NCBI GenBank assembly: GCA_023213395.1
Contig: CM041465.1
Location: 225,005,741 to 225,069,740 of the forward strand
Direction: 5' to 3'
DNA: 64,000 bases
From: Cycas panzhihuaensis
Lineage: Eukaryota > Plantae > Cycadophyta
This document shows positions 12,060 to 26,500 of this stretch, in pieces (position 1 is the first letter of the stretch; the number at the start of each line of letters is the position of its first letter). The notes under the pieces are model-generated. The model ran no database searches. It saw only the letters and a program-made list of their open reading frames with translations, and had not been told where the DNA came from. The translations under genes and the position numbers were made by a program.

Positions 12060-14151
12060 TGATAAACCCAAAAAATAGAAATAAAATTTTGAATTACAAC
12101 AAAATAATCCTCGGCCCTAAATGTGCCAAAAGGAATAAATTCCAAATCAAAATAAACTCATGATTCTAAAGTCTAATAAACAAATCTTTATATAGTGGCT
12201 TACGTTAATCATTTGTAATTATATTTGAAGTTAGTATTTTTTTGGATTGCGTGAATACAATCTAACTTTAATTATTTTAATCCTTCTTGATTCCATTTAT
12301 AGTATCTTCTTAGGTTGCATAAACGCAACATGCCCTTTCCTATTGAGAAAGGAGCTTTGCCTACAAAGCTCAGGATCGTTGTTGATTAAATCTTGGGACT
12401 CCTATGTTGTCTTTTGTTAGTAAGCCTTTCCATTTGACCAGGTATTCATTTATTATCTAGGATCTAAGTTGTCTTTGTTCTGTTTCAATAATGCTCTAAG
12501 GCTCTACCATAACCTTCCCTTCACCTATGATTGACAACACACTGGTAGCACTAATATTAGGGCCTACCTTTCTCTTTAGACTGAAAATGTGGAAAACATT
12601 ATGAATCTTGCTCAGAGGTGGTAGGTTGAAGGCATATGCCACTTCTCCCATACTCCTTTGATTTTGGTAAGGCCCATAGAATCACGAAGTGAGTTTAAAT
12701 TTTCCTTCTTGTCATAGTGATGCTTGCTTGTAGGGTTATAGGCATATGTGTACCCAATCTCCAATATCAAAATAACACTTAGTCCGATGTTGATTTGCTT
12801 CTTGTTTCATTCTGTTCCTTGCATTGTCATAATGGCTCTTCAATTCCTTATGTATTTGGTTCAATTGTTAGGTCAATTCTTGGGCAGCAGGTACTCGAAC
12901 GACTTGTTGGATATAGTCAATTGCTCTAACTAGTTGGTATCCATATAGTGCCATGAATGGGGGCATTTGGATTGTTGTGTGATAAATTGTGTTATACTAA
13001 TATTCTGGTAGATGGATCCATTTTACCCACTTAGTCTAGTTGCCCCTTGCAAAATAATATAAGTGTGTTTCCAAGAACTTATTAACTACATCTATTTGTC
13101 CATCTGTTTGAGAATGATATGCAGTGCTTATAGCAAGTTTTGTTCTTGCCAATCTAAAAATCTCTTTCTAGACGTTACCAATAAACTTAGGATCTCTATC
13201 AGACATGATCTTCTTAGGGAACCCGTGGAATTTATAAATGTTCTTCATAAATAACTCTGCTATTTGAAGAGCATTGAAGTTGGACTGCACAAGTGCAAAG
13301 TGACCATATTTTGCGAGGCGATCCACTACTAAAAAATGGTATCCTTCCCTTTTGACTTCAGTAGTCCAGTGATAAAATTCATTGAAATCTCCTAAATTGG
13401 AAGAGGTTGTAGTAGTCCAGGGTACTAGGTGCATTCAAATTTCTATCTCTGACATGTATCACATTCTTCTACAAATCTTTGTATGTCTTCCTTCATTGCT
13501 TTCTAAAAAAAAGATCTTCTAATCCTTTCATAAGTTTTTGAAAACCCAGAATGTCCTATTGGCGAAGTCTAATGGAATTCCTTGAGTATTAGATCCTTGG
13601 GGATGTATATTCTTCCTTTGTACAATAGGGCGTTGCCATTGGTCTTCCAATGTGGTTGAGTTGCCCTCTTTGTACGCTATCTTAAACTTGTAGTCTTGGA
13701 TTTTACAAAACCATCTTTGCTGCTCTTCAAATAGATTAGGTTGTAATAGAAAGTATTTAAGACTTTGGTGATCAGTCTTGACGATGAACTTGCTTCATAA
13801 TAAATAGTGTTGCCATTTGACTAAGGCAAGAAGGATGGCCAACATTTCGTTTTCATATGTGCTCTTGACTCATTCGTGTAAATTTTAACTTCCTACTCTC
13901 ATATGCAATCAATCGATCATTCTATAGGAGGGTTGACCCTACTCTTGTTCTTGAAGTGTCGCATTTTGCCATGGATAGTTGCAAAAAATTAGATATTGCC
14001 AAAACTAGAATAATGGTGATCACCTTCTTGAGGGTGGTAAAACTTTGATTGGTTGTTACTCCCCATTTGAGTCCATCTCTTTTGTATAAATCTGTCAATG
14101 GCCCTACAATTGTTGCATAACCTTTAATAAATTTTCTACAATACTTGATAA
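12060..14151 (-). mobile_element. Chromoviral Ty3/gypsy, 3' part: RNase H, integrase, chromodomain, PPT, 3' LTR (12060-12330)
   Basis: KYCRKFIKGYATIVGPLTDL; FLVVDRLAKYGHF...HGFPKKIMSDRDPKF; INEYLVKWKGL chromodomain at ~12420-12455; PPT at 12331-12343. Confidence 0.9.
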
Positions 14152-14665
14152 TGGAAGAAAGAAAATGCACAACAGGATCTATTTGAGGAGTCAGAGAGGA
14201 CACATCGTGAATCATACAAAGATGAAAACTTGATTAACAGCTCGACAAGGCAAGCATAAGCTATATAACATAATAAAGAATAAGGTGGGGAATTGATCTA
14301 CCACTCAACCTATTAGAGTAGCTTCAACAGCATAACGTTAGCTTGGAAAACTACATATCATACAAGGAAAGTATGACTCCTTATAAAGGAGTTTGAGTGT
14401 ACATGATTGTGACACATCACAGATCAAAAGAAAAAGACAAAGCTAAGTGAAACTCTACTTCCTAGGTGTGTGAGGGTGGTGACAAGTGTTGGCCACCCAA
14501 AGTTGGTTTTTCCACTTAGCACATATGGGAAAGGCACAAAAGACAAAAAAGATAATGTGATGATTTAAAAATCAAACAAAGGAGGACTTTAGCATAAAGT
14601 ATAAAGTGCCAAAATATAAATTTATATGGTCCAGACTTAATGCTTAGGACATGAAGGTTTTAACA
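14152..14665 (-). repeat. 3' LTR of the 24.4-kb copia
   Basis: TG...CA termini, follows the PPT, aligns with 37994-38508. Confidence 0.92.
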
Positions 14666-14680
14666 CACCCCCTGAATGTG

Positions 14681-17600
14681 TACAACATTAAGTCGAATGT
14701 CGAGGCCATCTCTGAAGTGCTCGAACTTCTCTCTACCAAGTGGTTTGGTGAAGATGTCGGCAAGTTGTTGATCAGTTGGCCTGTAGACGAGGTCAATTTC
14801 ACCTTGCTACACATATTCTTTGATAAAATGGTGATGGACCTCAACATGCTTGGTCCATGCATGAAATACAAGATTCTTGGTTATCTTGAGCACACTCTGA
14901 TTGTCATAATATAATGGAGTTGGTAGTGATTGCTCAAGGCCAAGCTCACCAAGAATCTGTCTAAGCCAAATAGCCTCACATGCTGCATTGATAGCAGCTT
15001 TGTATTCTACTTTAGTGGAGGAAAGTGTAACATTTGGTTGCTTTTTGCAATTCCACAATACAATTACAAACCTAAGGTTGAAACAATAGCCTAAGGTAGA
15101 TTTGCGGTTATCTTGGCATCTTGCCCAATCAAAATTTAAGAACCCTTCTAATGTGAAGTTCTCGTTGTGAGTATACTGGAGACCATACTGCAATATACCT
15201 TTGAGGCATTTGAGAATCCTCTTTGCAGCATTCTAGTGTCGCTAATTGGGTTGTGCCATAAATCTAGAATAAATTCCAACAACATATGATATGTCAGGCC
15301 TAGTGTTAGTCAAGTAAATAAGACTACCCGCTCACTGTTTAAAAAGGGTGAAATCAATAGATTTTGCTTCTTCATTAAGTGACAATTTTGTGCCTGTCTC
15401 CATAGGGGTTGGTAATGATTTGTAGTCCTCCATTCTGAATCACTGCAAGATGTCCCAAGTGTATTGGCTTGGGATATGAAAATGTGATCTGGCTGTTGCC
15501 ACGCTTCCATGTTGAGAAAGTAATAAAGAAGCCTGAGATCAGTCATCTCAAAACTTCTCTTTAAGTCCCCTTGAAGATTTTCTATCATATCAACATCATT
15601 GCCAGTAATGATCAGATCATCTATATATAATACGATAAGAGTAATCTGCTAGTTTTGAACCTTGATGTACAAGATCGAGTCAGATGTGGATCGATGAAAA
15701 TTATGTTTCAAGAAGTAATCATCGATTTTAGAATACCAAGCACGTGATGCCTATTTCAAACCATACAAGGCTCTTTTAAGGTGACAAACAAGATGCTCAT
15801 TGCCATCTAAGATGCACCCAAGAGGTTCTCCTCAATCAAATCATCGTTAAGAAAGGCACTTTGGACATCCATTTGATACAATGGCCATTTGCCTTGAGCA
15901 AGTAAGGCCATAACAATTCTAATGGTATTCATATTTGCGACAAGTGCAAATGTCTCATTGTAGTTGATGCCTTCTTGTTGTTTAAAACCTTTTGCAACCA
16001 AACGAGCCTTATGTCACTCAATAATGCCATCATATTTGTACTTAGTTTTGTAGATCACTTACAACTGATGGCTTGTTTGCTTGTTGGCAATTTGACCAAG
16101 TCCCATATGTCATTTTGATAAATGTAGTGGATCTGATCATTCATAGCAGCTTGCCACTTCTCATTTGAACATGCCTCTTCAAAAGTGGAAGGATCGGGAG
16201 TACTAAGCACTTCAGCCATAAGTGCATAGTTAACAGTAGTTGGTGGTTGCATTCTAGATGGATGTTTGCTTTCAACAGTTTGTGTACCTACAACAATCTG
16301 TAAATACCATTTGGGTAACTTCTTCATCGATGGAATTGTTACTTCATTGTCCTGGGATGGTGAAGTGTGTTGAATCTCTGAAGAACACACGAAACTTAAT
16401 GAAGGAACTAAGGAAGATGACAAGGAAGGAGAAGTAAGTGCTAATGAAGGACATGGTGTATAAGATGTTGAGGGAACAAAGTCCTCAACGATGGCTTTGC
16501 CTTTATCAAGATAGATTGGAATGGAACTGAGATCCAACTCCATGTTGTCTTCTGCAAAGATAACGTCTCATGAGATATGCATCTTTTGCCAATCGAATCA
16601 TATAATTTGTACGCTTTGTTGCCAATAGCATATCCGATAAAGATGCATATGAGACTCTTGTCATCAAATTTCTGTCTTTGTTCTTGGGGAATATTCATAT
16701 AAGCCATGCATCCAAAAGTGCGTAAATGACTGATTGTGGGTTTCAGCCCAATCCAGGCTTCAAGTGTCACAAACTGTAGTACTGGAGTTGTAGTTTGACA
16801 GATAAGAAATAATGAGTATTGCTTCTGCCTAATATGCCTAAGAGAGACCTTGAGCATGCATCATTGCTTTTGCCTTACCAAGGTTTTGTTCATGCGTTCT
16901 ACCACACCATTTTGTTGAGGTGTTTAAGGGATAGAAAATTGGCATTTAATGCCATTTTGAATGCAAAATTGATTGAACTCCTTGGACGTGTACTCACCAC
17001 TATTGTTAGAATGAAGTATCTTGATTCACATACCTAACTCATTTTCAACTATAAGTTTAAATTCTTTAAACTTGTTCAATGCTTCTGACTTGTGTTTGAG
17101 AAAATAAACCCACACTTTATCTAAGTAATCATCAATAAAGGTGATGAAAAATGAAGAGTTACCAAGTGATTAAGTGGGCATGGGTCCACAAATTTCAAAA
17201 TGACCAACTGCAATAAGTGTTGAGCTGTCCATGCCTTACCTTTCTGAAAAGGTTCACGGTGTTGTTTCCCTATAAGAAAAAATTCACAAAGACAATTACT
17301 TGTTGAAATTTTGAGTAAGCCATACACCATATTCTGTCTGAACATCTATCTTATGTTTTTCATATTTAGATGTCTTAACCTCTCATGCCATAACTGAGTC
17401 TTATTTAGAGAATAGGAGACTAAGGCATGAGATGATCCTGATGTTGTGGCTAATTTGTAGAGGCCATGATCTTCATGACCTATGGAAACAATCTGGTATT
17501 CTTTATTCCGAATGATACATTTCCTAGTTTTAAATAACACACTTATCTGTTATTTATCTGACTGACTAACAGAGAGTAGGTTTCTTGGCATCCCAGGTAC

Positions 17601-18116
17601 TAGCAACACATTGCCACTAGGAAATGTAGGAGCAAGGTGTTGATTATTAAAAGGGGCAATTTGTCCAACACCTGAAATCTCTACAGTGACATTATCCCCA
17701 AAAGTGATTGTTTCTCCCTTGCTCCCTTGTAAATCTGTTAATAACTCTGCATCAACTGTCATATGATGTTATTCTCCAGAATCTACAATCCATGTATTGT
17801 CATTTTAACAATTACTGAAAGCACAAAAGAGTTTGTCACTCTGATCATGTTGTATTGTGTGGCCTTGAAAACCACCTTGAGTTCTTCTTCTAGGATTTCC
17901 ATGAAGACCACCTTGAAATGCACCTCGAGTTGGTCCTTGATGCTATTGCTGCTGTTGTTGACATTGATGTTGCTGCTGTGAATTTTATTGTTGTTGTTGT
18001 TATTGTCGTATATCATTCTTTTTATTTCTTCATTCTGGCTAAATGTGGCCTACTTTGTCACAATAATGACAGATGACACTCTTACATTTAGTGGTATTTG
18101 TTGAGAATGGTGGCAT
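14681..18116 (-). pseudogene. Copia gag C-terminus plus pol (PR-INT-RT-RNase H), tandem copy 2
   Basis: ORF fragments [52 protein letters not shown]; many stops. Confidence 0.9.
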
Positions 18117-21100
18117 TACAACATTAAGTTGAACGTCGAGGCCATCTTTAAAGTCCTCGTACTTCTCTCTACCAAGTGGTTTGGGGAAGATGTCAACAAG
18201 TTATTGATCAGTTGGCCTATAGACAAGGTCAATTTCATCTTGCTGCACATATTCTCTGATAAAATAGTGATGGGCCTCAACATGCTTGATCCATGCATGA
18301 AATACATGTTTCCTAGCTATCTTGAGCACACTCTGATTGTCATAATATAATGGAATTGGTAGTGATTGCTTAAGGCCAAGCTCACCAAGAATCTGTCTGA
18401 GCCAAATAGCTTCACATGTTGCATTGACAATAGCTTTGTATTCTACTACAGTGGAGGAAAGCGTAACATTTGGTTGTTTTTTGCAACTCTACGAAACAAT
18501 TGTAGACCCAAGGTTGAAACAATAGCCTAAAGTACATTTGCGCCTATGTTGGCATGTTGCCTAATCAGAATCTGAGAACCCTTCTAATGTGAAGTTCTCA
18601 TTGGGAGTATATTGGAGACCATACTATGATGTATCTTTGGCGTATCTGAGAATCTTCTTTGTAGCATTCCAATGTTGCTAATTGGGTTGTGTCATAAATG
18701 GAGCAATTCAACAAATATAATATATATGCGGCCTAGTGTTAGTCAAGTAAATAAGACTACCTACTAGTTGTCTAAAAATGGTGGAATCAACAGATTTTTC
18801 TTCTTCATTAAGTGACAATTTTGTTCTTGTCTTCATAAGAGTTGGTGATGATTTGTAGTCCTCCATTTAGAATAGGTGCAAGATGTCCAAGTGTATTTGA
18901 CTTGGGATATTAAAATATGATCCAGTTGTTGCCACACTTCCATGCCGAGAAAGTAATGAAGAAGCCTGAGATTAGTCATCTCAAAACTTCTCTTTAAGTC
19001 CCCTTGAAGACTTTCTATCATATCAACATCATTGCCAGTAATGACCAAATCATCTACATATAATACAAGAGTGATGTGCTGGTTTTGAACCTTGATGTAT
19101 AGGTTCAAGTTAGATGTGGATCAATGAAAATTATGTTTCAAGAAGTAATCATTGATTTTAGAATACCAAGCATGTGGTGCTTATTTCAGACCATTCAAGG
19201 CCTTTTTGAGGCGACAAACAAGATGCTTATTGCCATCTGAAATGTACCTAGGAGGTTGTTCCAGACAAACCTCCTCAATCAAATCATCATTGAGAAAGAT
19301 GATTTGGACATCCATTTGATACAATGGCCATTTGTATTAAGCAACTAAGGCCATAAAAATTATGATGGTATTCATATTTGTGACAGGTGCAAATGTCTCG
19401 TTGTAGTCAATGCCTTCCTGTTGTTTAAAACCTTTTGCAACCAGGCAACCTTATGTCACTTAATAGTGCCATCAGATTTGTTCTTAGTCTTGTAGATCCA
19501 CTTACAACTGATGGCCTATTTGCCTACTAGCAATTTGACTAAGTTCCATGTGTCATTTTGATAAATGGAGTGTAGCTCATCATCCATAGCAACTTGCCAC
19601 TTTTCATCTGAACATGCCTCTTCAAAAGTGGAAGACTTAGGAGTGCTAAGCACTTTAGCCATAAGTGCATAGTTAACAATAGTTGGTGGCCACATTCTGG
19701 ATGGATGTTTGCCTTCAACAATTTGTGTACCTACAACAATCTATAGATATCATTTGGGTAACTTCTTCAACAATGGAGTTGTTACTTCATTGTCCTGGGA
19801 TGGTGAAGTGTGTTGAATCTCTGAAGAACTCACAAGACTTGATGAAGGAACTAAGGAAGATGACAAGGAAGGAAAAGTAGGTGTTGATGAAGGACATGGT
19901 GTATAAGAGTTTGAGGGAACAAAGTGCTCAACGATGACTTTGCCTTTATCAAGGGAGATTGAAATGGAACTAAGATCCAACTCGCTATTGTCTTCTGCAA
20001 AGACAATGTCTCGTGAGATATGCATCTTTTTGCTAATCGGATCATATAATATGTACACTTTGTTGCTGGTAGCATATCCGATAAAGATGCATTTGAGACT
20101 CTTGTCATTAAATTTCTGTCTTAGTTCTTGTGGAATATTCATATAAGTCATGCATCCAAAAGTGCGTAAATGACTGACCATGGGTTTCTGCCCAGTTCAG
20201 GCCTCTTCGAGTGTCATGCTTGAAACTGCCATAGTGGAGCTATGGCTTGACAGATAAGTAGCAATGAAGACTGCTTCTGCGTAATATGCCTAAGAGAGAC
20301 CTTGCCCATGCATCATTGCTTTTGTCTTACCAAGGTTTTGTTCATGCGTTCTACCACACAATTTTGTTGAGGTGTATAAGGGGTAGAAAATTGGTGTTTA
20401 ATACCAATTTGAATGCAAAATTGATTGAACTCCTTGGACGAGCACTCATCACCATTGTCAGAACAAAGTATCTTGATTCACATGCTTGACTCATTTTCAA
20501 CTGTAAGTTTAAATTCTTTAAACTTGTTCAGTGCTTCTGACTTGTGTTTGAGAAAATAAACCCACACTTTATGTGAGTAATCATCAATAAAGGTGATGGA
20601 TGAAAAATGAAGAGCCACCAAGTGATTGAGCAGACACGGCTTCACAAATGTTAGAATAAATCAACTGTAATAAGTGTTGAGCTCTCCAGGCCTTACCTTT
20701 CTAAAAATGTTCACGATGTTGTTTCCCCAAAAGGTAAGATTCACAAAGGCAATTACCTACTGAAATTTTGGGTAAGCCATACACCATATTTTGTCTGAAC
20801 ATCTGTCGTATGCTTTTCATATTTAAATGTCCTAACCTCTCATGCCATAACTGAGTCTTATTTAGAGAATGGGAGACTAAGGCATGAGATGATCATGATG
20901 TTGTGGTTAATTTGTAGAGACCACGATCTTCATGACCTATGGAAACAATTTGGTCTTCTTTATTCTAAATGATATATTGCATGTCTTTAAAATAATACAC
21001 TGATCTATTGTTTATTTAACTGACTAACAGAGAGTAGGTTTCTCAACATCCTAGGTACTAGAAACACATTGCCAATAGGGAATGTAGGAACAGGGTGCCG

Positions 21101-21564
21101 ATTAAAGAGGTGCAATTTATTCGACACCTAAAATCTCTACAGTGACATTGTCCCCAAAAGTCATTTTTTCTCTCTTACTCTCTTGAAATCTGTTAATAAC
21201 TCTATATCACCTGTCATATGACGTGATGCTCTTGAATCTACAATCCATGTGTTGTCATTTTGACAATTACTGAAAGCACGAAAGAGTGTGTCACTCTAAT
21301 CATGTTGTGTTGTGTGGCGTTGAAACCATCTTGAAGTGTTCTTCTGGGATTTCCATGACGACCACCTCGAAATGCACCTCAAATTGGTCCTTGATGTTGT
21401 TGTTGTTGTTGTTGACTTTGATGTTGCTACTATGGATTTTGTTGTTGTTGTTGTCGCATATCGTTCTGTTTGTTTCTACATTCTGGCTAAATGTGGCCTA
21501 CTTTGCCACAATAATGACAGATGGCAATCTTAGATTTGGTGGTATTTGTTGAGAATGGTGGCAT
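18117..21564 (-). pseudogene. Copia gag C-terminus plus pol, tandem copy 1
   Basis: Colinear with 14681-18116 over the whole length (~88% by eye); VLYVDDLVITG, HLRTFGCMTY. Confidence 0.9.
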
Positions 21565-21568
21565 TAAG

Positions 21569-22092
21569 CCTATGGCCCTAAGAATCTAAAAGAGAGGAAA
21601 GTCTACTATAAGAATGAAGATGATTAGAATCTAATCAAACAAGCATGGAGATAAGCACATGAGCAAGCATAAGCATAATGATCATAAGCATGAGGACACA
21701 AATATGGAGGAGAAGGAATTGATTCAACTCCAAATAAATAAGAAGCTTAGATTGATAGAACTAGCAGCATGCCAATACAACACTCTCTCTTGTGAGATAC
21801 ATGAGATATGGTTTCAATATACAGAGACTTACAAGTGTTGCATGTTTGATGAATGTCAAACATGCAAGCTAGCCAGTTGCATGCAGGACAAGTGTCCCCT
21901 TGAACTCTCTTGTGAGCACAAGTGCATGAGGGTACATTAACCCTCATGTTACAACGTTGTGCAACTAGAAAGAATGTGGTTGTGTATTTTATCACATTAA
22001 GTGATAAGTCACACTAATATAAAGTACATCATTAAATACATTATAAAGTACAACACTTAACATTTAAACATAAAGATTTAATAGTATTAACA
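21569..22092 (-). mobile_element. Solo LTR of the same family as the LTR at 11226-11773, inserted in the copia gag
   Basis: Reverse complement aligns with 11226-11760 (ccacattctttctagt, caaattccttctcctccatattt). Flanked by TTAAG at 21564-21568 and 22093-22097. Begins TGTTAA on minus; the other end lacks CA. Confidence 0.85.
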
Positions 22093-22796
22093 TTAAGACT
22101 ACCAAATTTTTTCAAAAAATTCTCCTTGCGTTGATATAGTTGTTTTCCTTTGAACTTTGTTGTGAAAGCACCCGATGTGATTTCCTCATTTTGCCACGAG
22201 TATATTTCTTCTTCTTGTAGCAATAAACATTCTAACTCATTAAAAGTTAGAATTGACAATGTGCCATTTTTTGAAATATTAGAAATGAAGTTGTTGTACT
22301 CTTTTGGAAGAACATAAGTGGTTGTAGTAACCAGGTCTTCATTTGAAGCTGGCTTTCCAAGAGTTGTGAGCCAATTACTAATAACTTTTATAAATGAGAG
22401 ATAGGCCGCCATGGTTGCAATAAATTGTAATTTAAACAACTTAGCTTTATACATGACTATTCTAGCATCATCTCTTCATTCATACAATGATACAATTGTA
22501 TCCCAAGCTTGTTTAGATGTCGTTGAAGATTCTATATTTTGATCAACATTATCATTAACAAATAAATGAATGAATGCAAGTGCAACTTTATCTTAAGCTT
22601 TAAAAGTAGTCATAACAATAGGATCAACAAAAATTAGATTATTTTGATTTGTTAGATCTGGAGTTGGTTCAGGTTTGACAATTGTGCTAGAGACATAAGC
22701 CCACAACTCATTCATAATCAATAAATTCTTTGCTTGCTTCTTCCATGTTAAATAGTTTTCAGCACCGGTCAATTTAATTGTATTTGCATTAAGCAT
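22093..22796 (-). pseudogene. Copia gag N-terminal region
   Basis: MLNANTIKLTGAENYLTWKKQAKNLL...TSKQAWDTI...VLPKEYNNFIS...LLLQEE, similar to the gag at 7749-8171. Confidence 0.85.
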
Positions 22797-23512
22797 CTGT
22801 GTTTCCACAATAAAATATTGTAGCTCATAATGAACTTGGAAATTTTTTGAGTTACGTCGCTTAAGTTCCACTCACTATCCCAAATTATTTAGTACTGAAC
22901 TAAAAAGTATGTGGACAGAATGGAGGGTTTCACTTGCGAGTTGTCCAACATGATGATTTGTTCAGTGTTGTCTAAGTTTTCAAAATTAGTACAATTGAGG
23001 CAGGGTTGATCTGTATAGTGTATTATGCTTTCCTCAGTGTTTATAGCATTGATAACACCCTTTTTGAGCCTCTCTACTTAACATATTAATTGTTGTGCAT
23101 TGGTCGTACAGCCAGTTGGTCCCCTAGGGAATGCACCAAGTTTAAGACTCCAAATTTGTGATTTTTAAAGTTAATTACAAGTGGGTTGAATTACTTGCTG
23201 AAAACATGATTTGAAGGCCTTTTCAGGCTACTAGAATCCTTATCAGTGTGGTAGAAAAATTACAACTTAGTTGCTTAAAAGTAAGAAAATGCAACTATGT
23301 ACCAGATTAAATCTTCAAATGAAGAGTTTTAAAGTGCCAAGGAAAAGATTTTAATGTCAAAAATGGGTAGTTTGAGAAACTAACATGCAAACCAGGAACA
23401 CTTGGGATCGAAAAAATGATCCCAACATGCTAAAAGAAAAATATTATTTTATTGATTTGTAGTTTCTTTGATGCTTTGTAGTGACGCCTCAGTTGATTTG
23501 GCTCACCACGTA

Positions 23513-26500
23513 TGTTATAGGTCAACTCCTGTAACTATGAGAGCAAAGGGAAAGAAGCTAGAAGGTAGAAAAGATCACCAAAAGGGCTGCCAAAGCAAAA
23601 CCTTAATAGATTGTATTCAAAATATATCAAGTTGCCTTACATAAGATTGGGGTGCCATATTTATAAGAGGGCCACCCATTATTATATTATTTTGCCGCTA
23701 AGCTACCCAATGTCACATTCTTATCCTCTTTAACCCTTAACCTTCTACCCTATTACATGTAGTATGGGGTTATTACATGCCCTCTCCCCTAAGATGCTTT
23801 GCCCTCAAAGCATCCTAATATAAATATGTGTCCACCACCTATTGTTGCCAATGTGTCATAGATAGTGGTTTGATTGAGGTGATGATGAAGAGATACCATT
23901 GTAGCAGATGTTGTTGTCCAACAAAGATGCATAAGTCCATGTAGATGGTGAGGTGGTCATAAAAATAGTGACTCCTTTGTTTGATTATAAGAACCAAAGA
24001 AATATGGACCCATAGTGTAGTAATATGGGAATCCACAAGAGTGAGAACCCAAATGCTCCTACACCCTGAATGATGATGGAGTTAACTCCAAAGTAAAATT
24101 TACCTCATATTCTTTTTCTTCCTTGTGTTCAGCCTCTCTTTCTAGACAGGTACTCTGGTTAGGAATGTGGCCTTCAATATGTTGACGAAGTACAAAAGTG
24201 AAGAGGTCCCAATTTGGTCTGTAAGTGTTTTGGCACCACTCTCGTGCCCACGATTGAAGGGGACCTTCCAATTGTTGAACACCTAAGCAAAGCTTGTGGT
24301 ATTTAATCAAGTCAAGTTCTTCAAAGTATGCAAGCATGGATACAAGCCAATCATCAAAGATGATAGAACCATCAAGCTTAAAATAAGGTAGCTTGATCCC
24401 ACATTCTTTGTAATTAAAGTGATCCTAATCTTGTAAAACGATTTCATCTTGCAACCCAATATCTTGGTCTTGTACATCTTCTTTTGTGGTAGCTTCAATG
24501 GCTAGACAAACTCTTGTTTCTCTTTGAAGTTCCATATTAAAGGATGCCTAATTTAGATCTGGGTGTGAGAGACACCAATCCCAAACTGTTCGACAGAGAT
24601 CCCATTGCAAAAATAGCATAACAAACATGACTTCAGTGTAGTCCTGCTTGAAGTAGTAAATTGTAGAATAGTCTTCAAGGAACTATTCTAGAGTGGCAAC
24701 CCAGTCATGAAGTTGAATATCGCCATCCATCTCGAAGTAAATGAGATCAAGGTCATCATTATAGTCAAAAAAGAATTGTTCATAATCATAGTACCAATCA
24801 GGAAGACCATGTTTTTCATATGATGCGAGTAACTTCCTATCAGGCCCCGGGTTCATTTATCCTCCTCTTTTGTTTTTAGTCCTTTGAGGGGGTGTCTATA
24901 GCCGATTAGCCCCCTTAATGTTGTGGCCTAAAAATTATGGCATGCACGCCAAAGCCTGAAAGACTGAAAAACTATAAAAATTACATTTAAAAAAAATCAT
25001 AAAACTCGATTTCAAACATTAATAACTATAACAAGAAAAGTCCAACATATGCCATGTCATAGTCCAACTCAAAGCCCTCAAAGCAAAGAACTCGATGGAA
25101 CTGACGAAACTAAATTCTGAGTCCATATGACAAAGATATGCCCAAAACCGTGTAAACAAAATTAAGTTCTATAAGATAGTTCTCTTAATTAATTTAACTC
25201 CTTTGTTAAAAGGTCATGGTCACTTCAACTCCCTATGTGACCATCGATTGACACTAGAAAGGGCAGATTTAAATGTAATATACAATCCAACCTGATTTTT
25301 ATAAAACTTTACAAGCATTAACCCTAATATTCAAAATCTGTCGCCGCCATGGTTAGGGTTTACTTCATTTCTTCACCGTTGTTCTTCTGGTCTGTGTTCT
25401 TCTTCAATGACTAATGGCAAGATTGATTGTTTATTTGGTTGAAGTGCCATCAACGTAGGGAGGTTAGATCACAACCACGTACGCTTGCAGAATAGAGTTG
25501 TTTGTGTTGCTCGATCTGGATTTCACAAGAGGATTCATTCACAGCAGCGGATCCGATACACAATCACGCAGGCAGTCGGAGGATTCATTCACAACAGCAA
25601 TCGGTCAAGGGTTTCTCTACGTGTTGATTTGACAACAGTTACAGAGTAGAGCTAGCTCCTTCCATCAATTCGCCAACGTTTTCAATGTCCATAATCCACC
25701 AAAATACTGCAGCTCGTCCACCAACTCTACCTCAAGTGAATTCAAGTCTATGAATATTTCATCTTCAACAATCGCAATAGAGGCTATTCATCAGTACCTT
25801 CACAACGTGATGCAAGGCTATTATCGCTTGGGTAAAGCCCATCATACTCAGAGATGATGGTGTTGCTTCGACATATGGCTATATCGATCATTATGGGGCT
25901 TCACACAAGGGTATTTGCTCTCAGCTACATGCAGGTGCCACGCAGAAAAACTATGTTCGAACCTTGCATTTGCATTTGTAGTAATGGGTTCCTTTCTTCA
26001 TGCAAGGTGATTGTGGCTCACGCATAACTTTAGACGCTTACGGTTGTAGATGGAAGGAGACAAGATCTTTTAATCCCAGAGATGGGGGGCTCAGCTATCC
26101 AATAGATGTAAATGGTGCAACAGTACTCAGAGTGTTCTGTCCACAGTACAAAGGGTTATGTAGACAAATAGCCACTGTAGGGTTTGACAGAGAATAGAAA
26201 ACTGTGTGTGGAGTAAATCACTGCCAAGCCCAAGGGTGTAAATCGTCGGGGGTTATCTTCCAACAATACTATAGACGAAGGCAACAACAGGTCGAGCAAA
26301 AATACAATTCAGATGGCTTGACGACAAAAGGTTTGGCCTCGCTCTGATACCACCTGTTACAGGCCAACTCTTGTAACTATGAGAGCAAAGGGAAAGAAGC
26401 TAGAACGCAGAAAAGATCACCAAAAGGGGTGCCAAAGCAAAACCCTAATAGATTGTATTCAAAATATATCAAGATGCCTTACATAAGATGGGGGTGCCAT

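Noticed and set aside
26000-26197. Captured host gene inside the non-autonomous element
   Set aside because: The 65-aa ORF has no recognisable similarity; not supportable without a database search.
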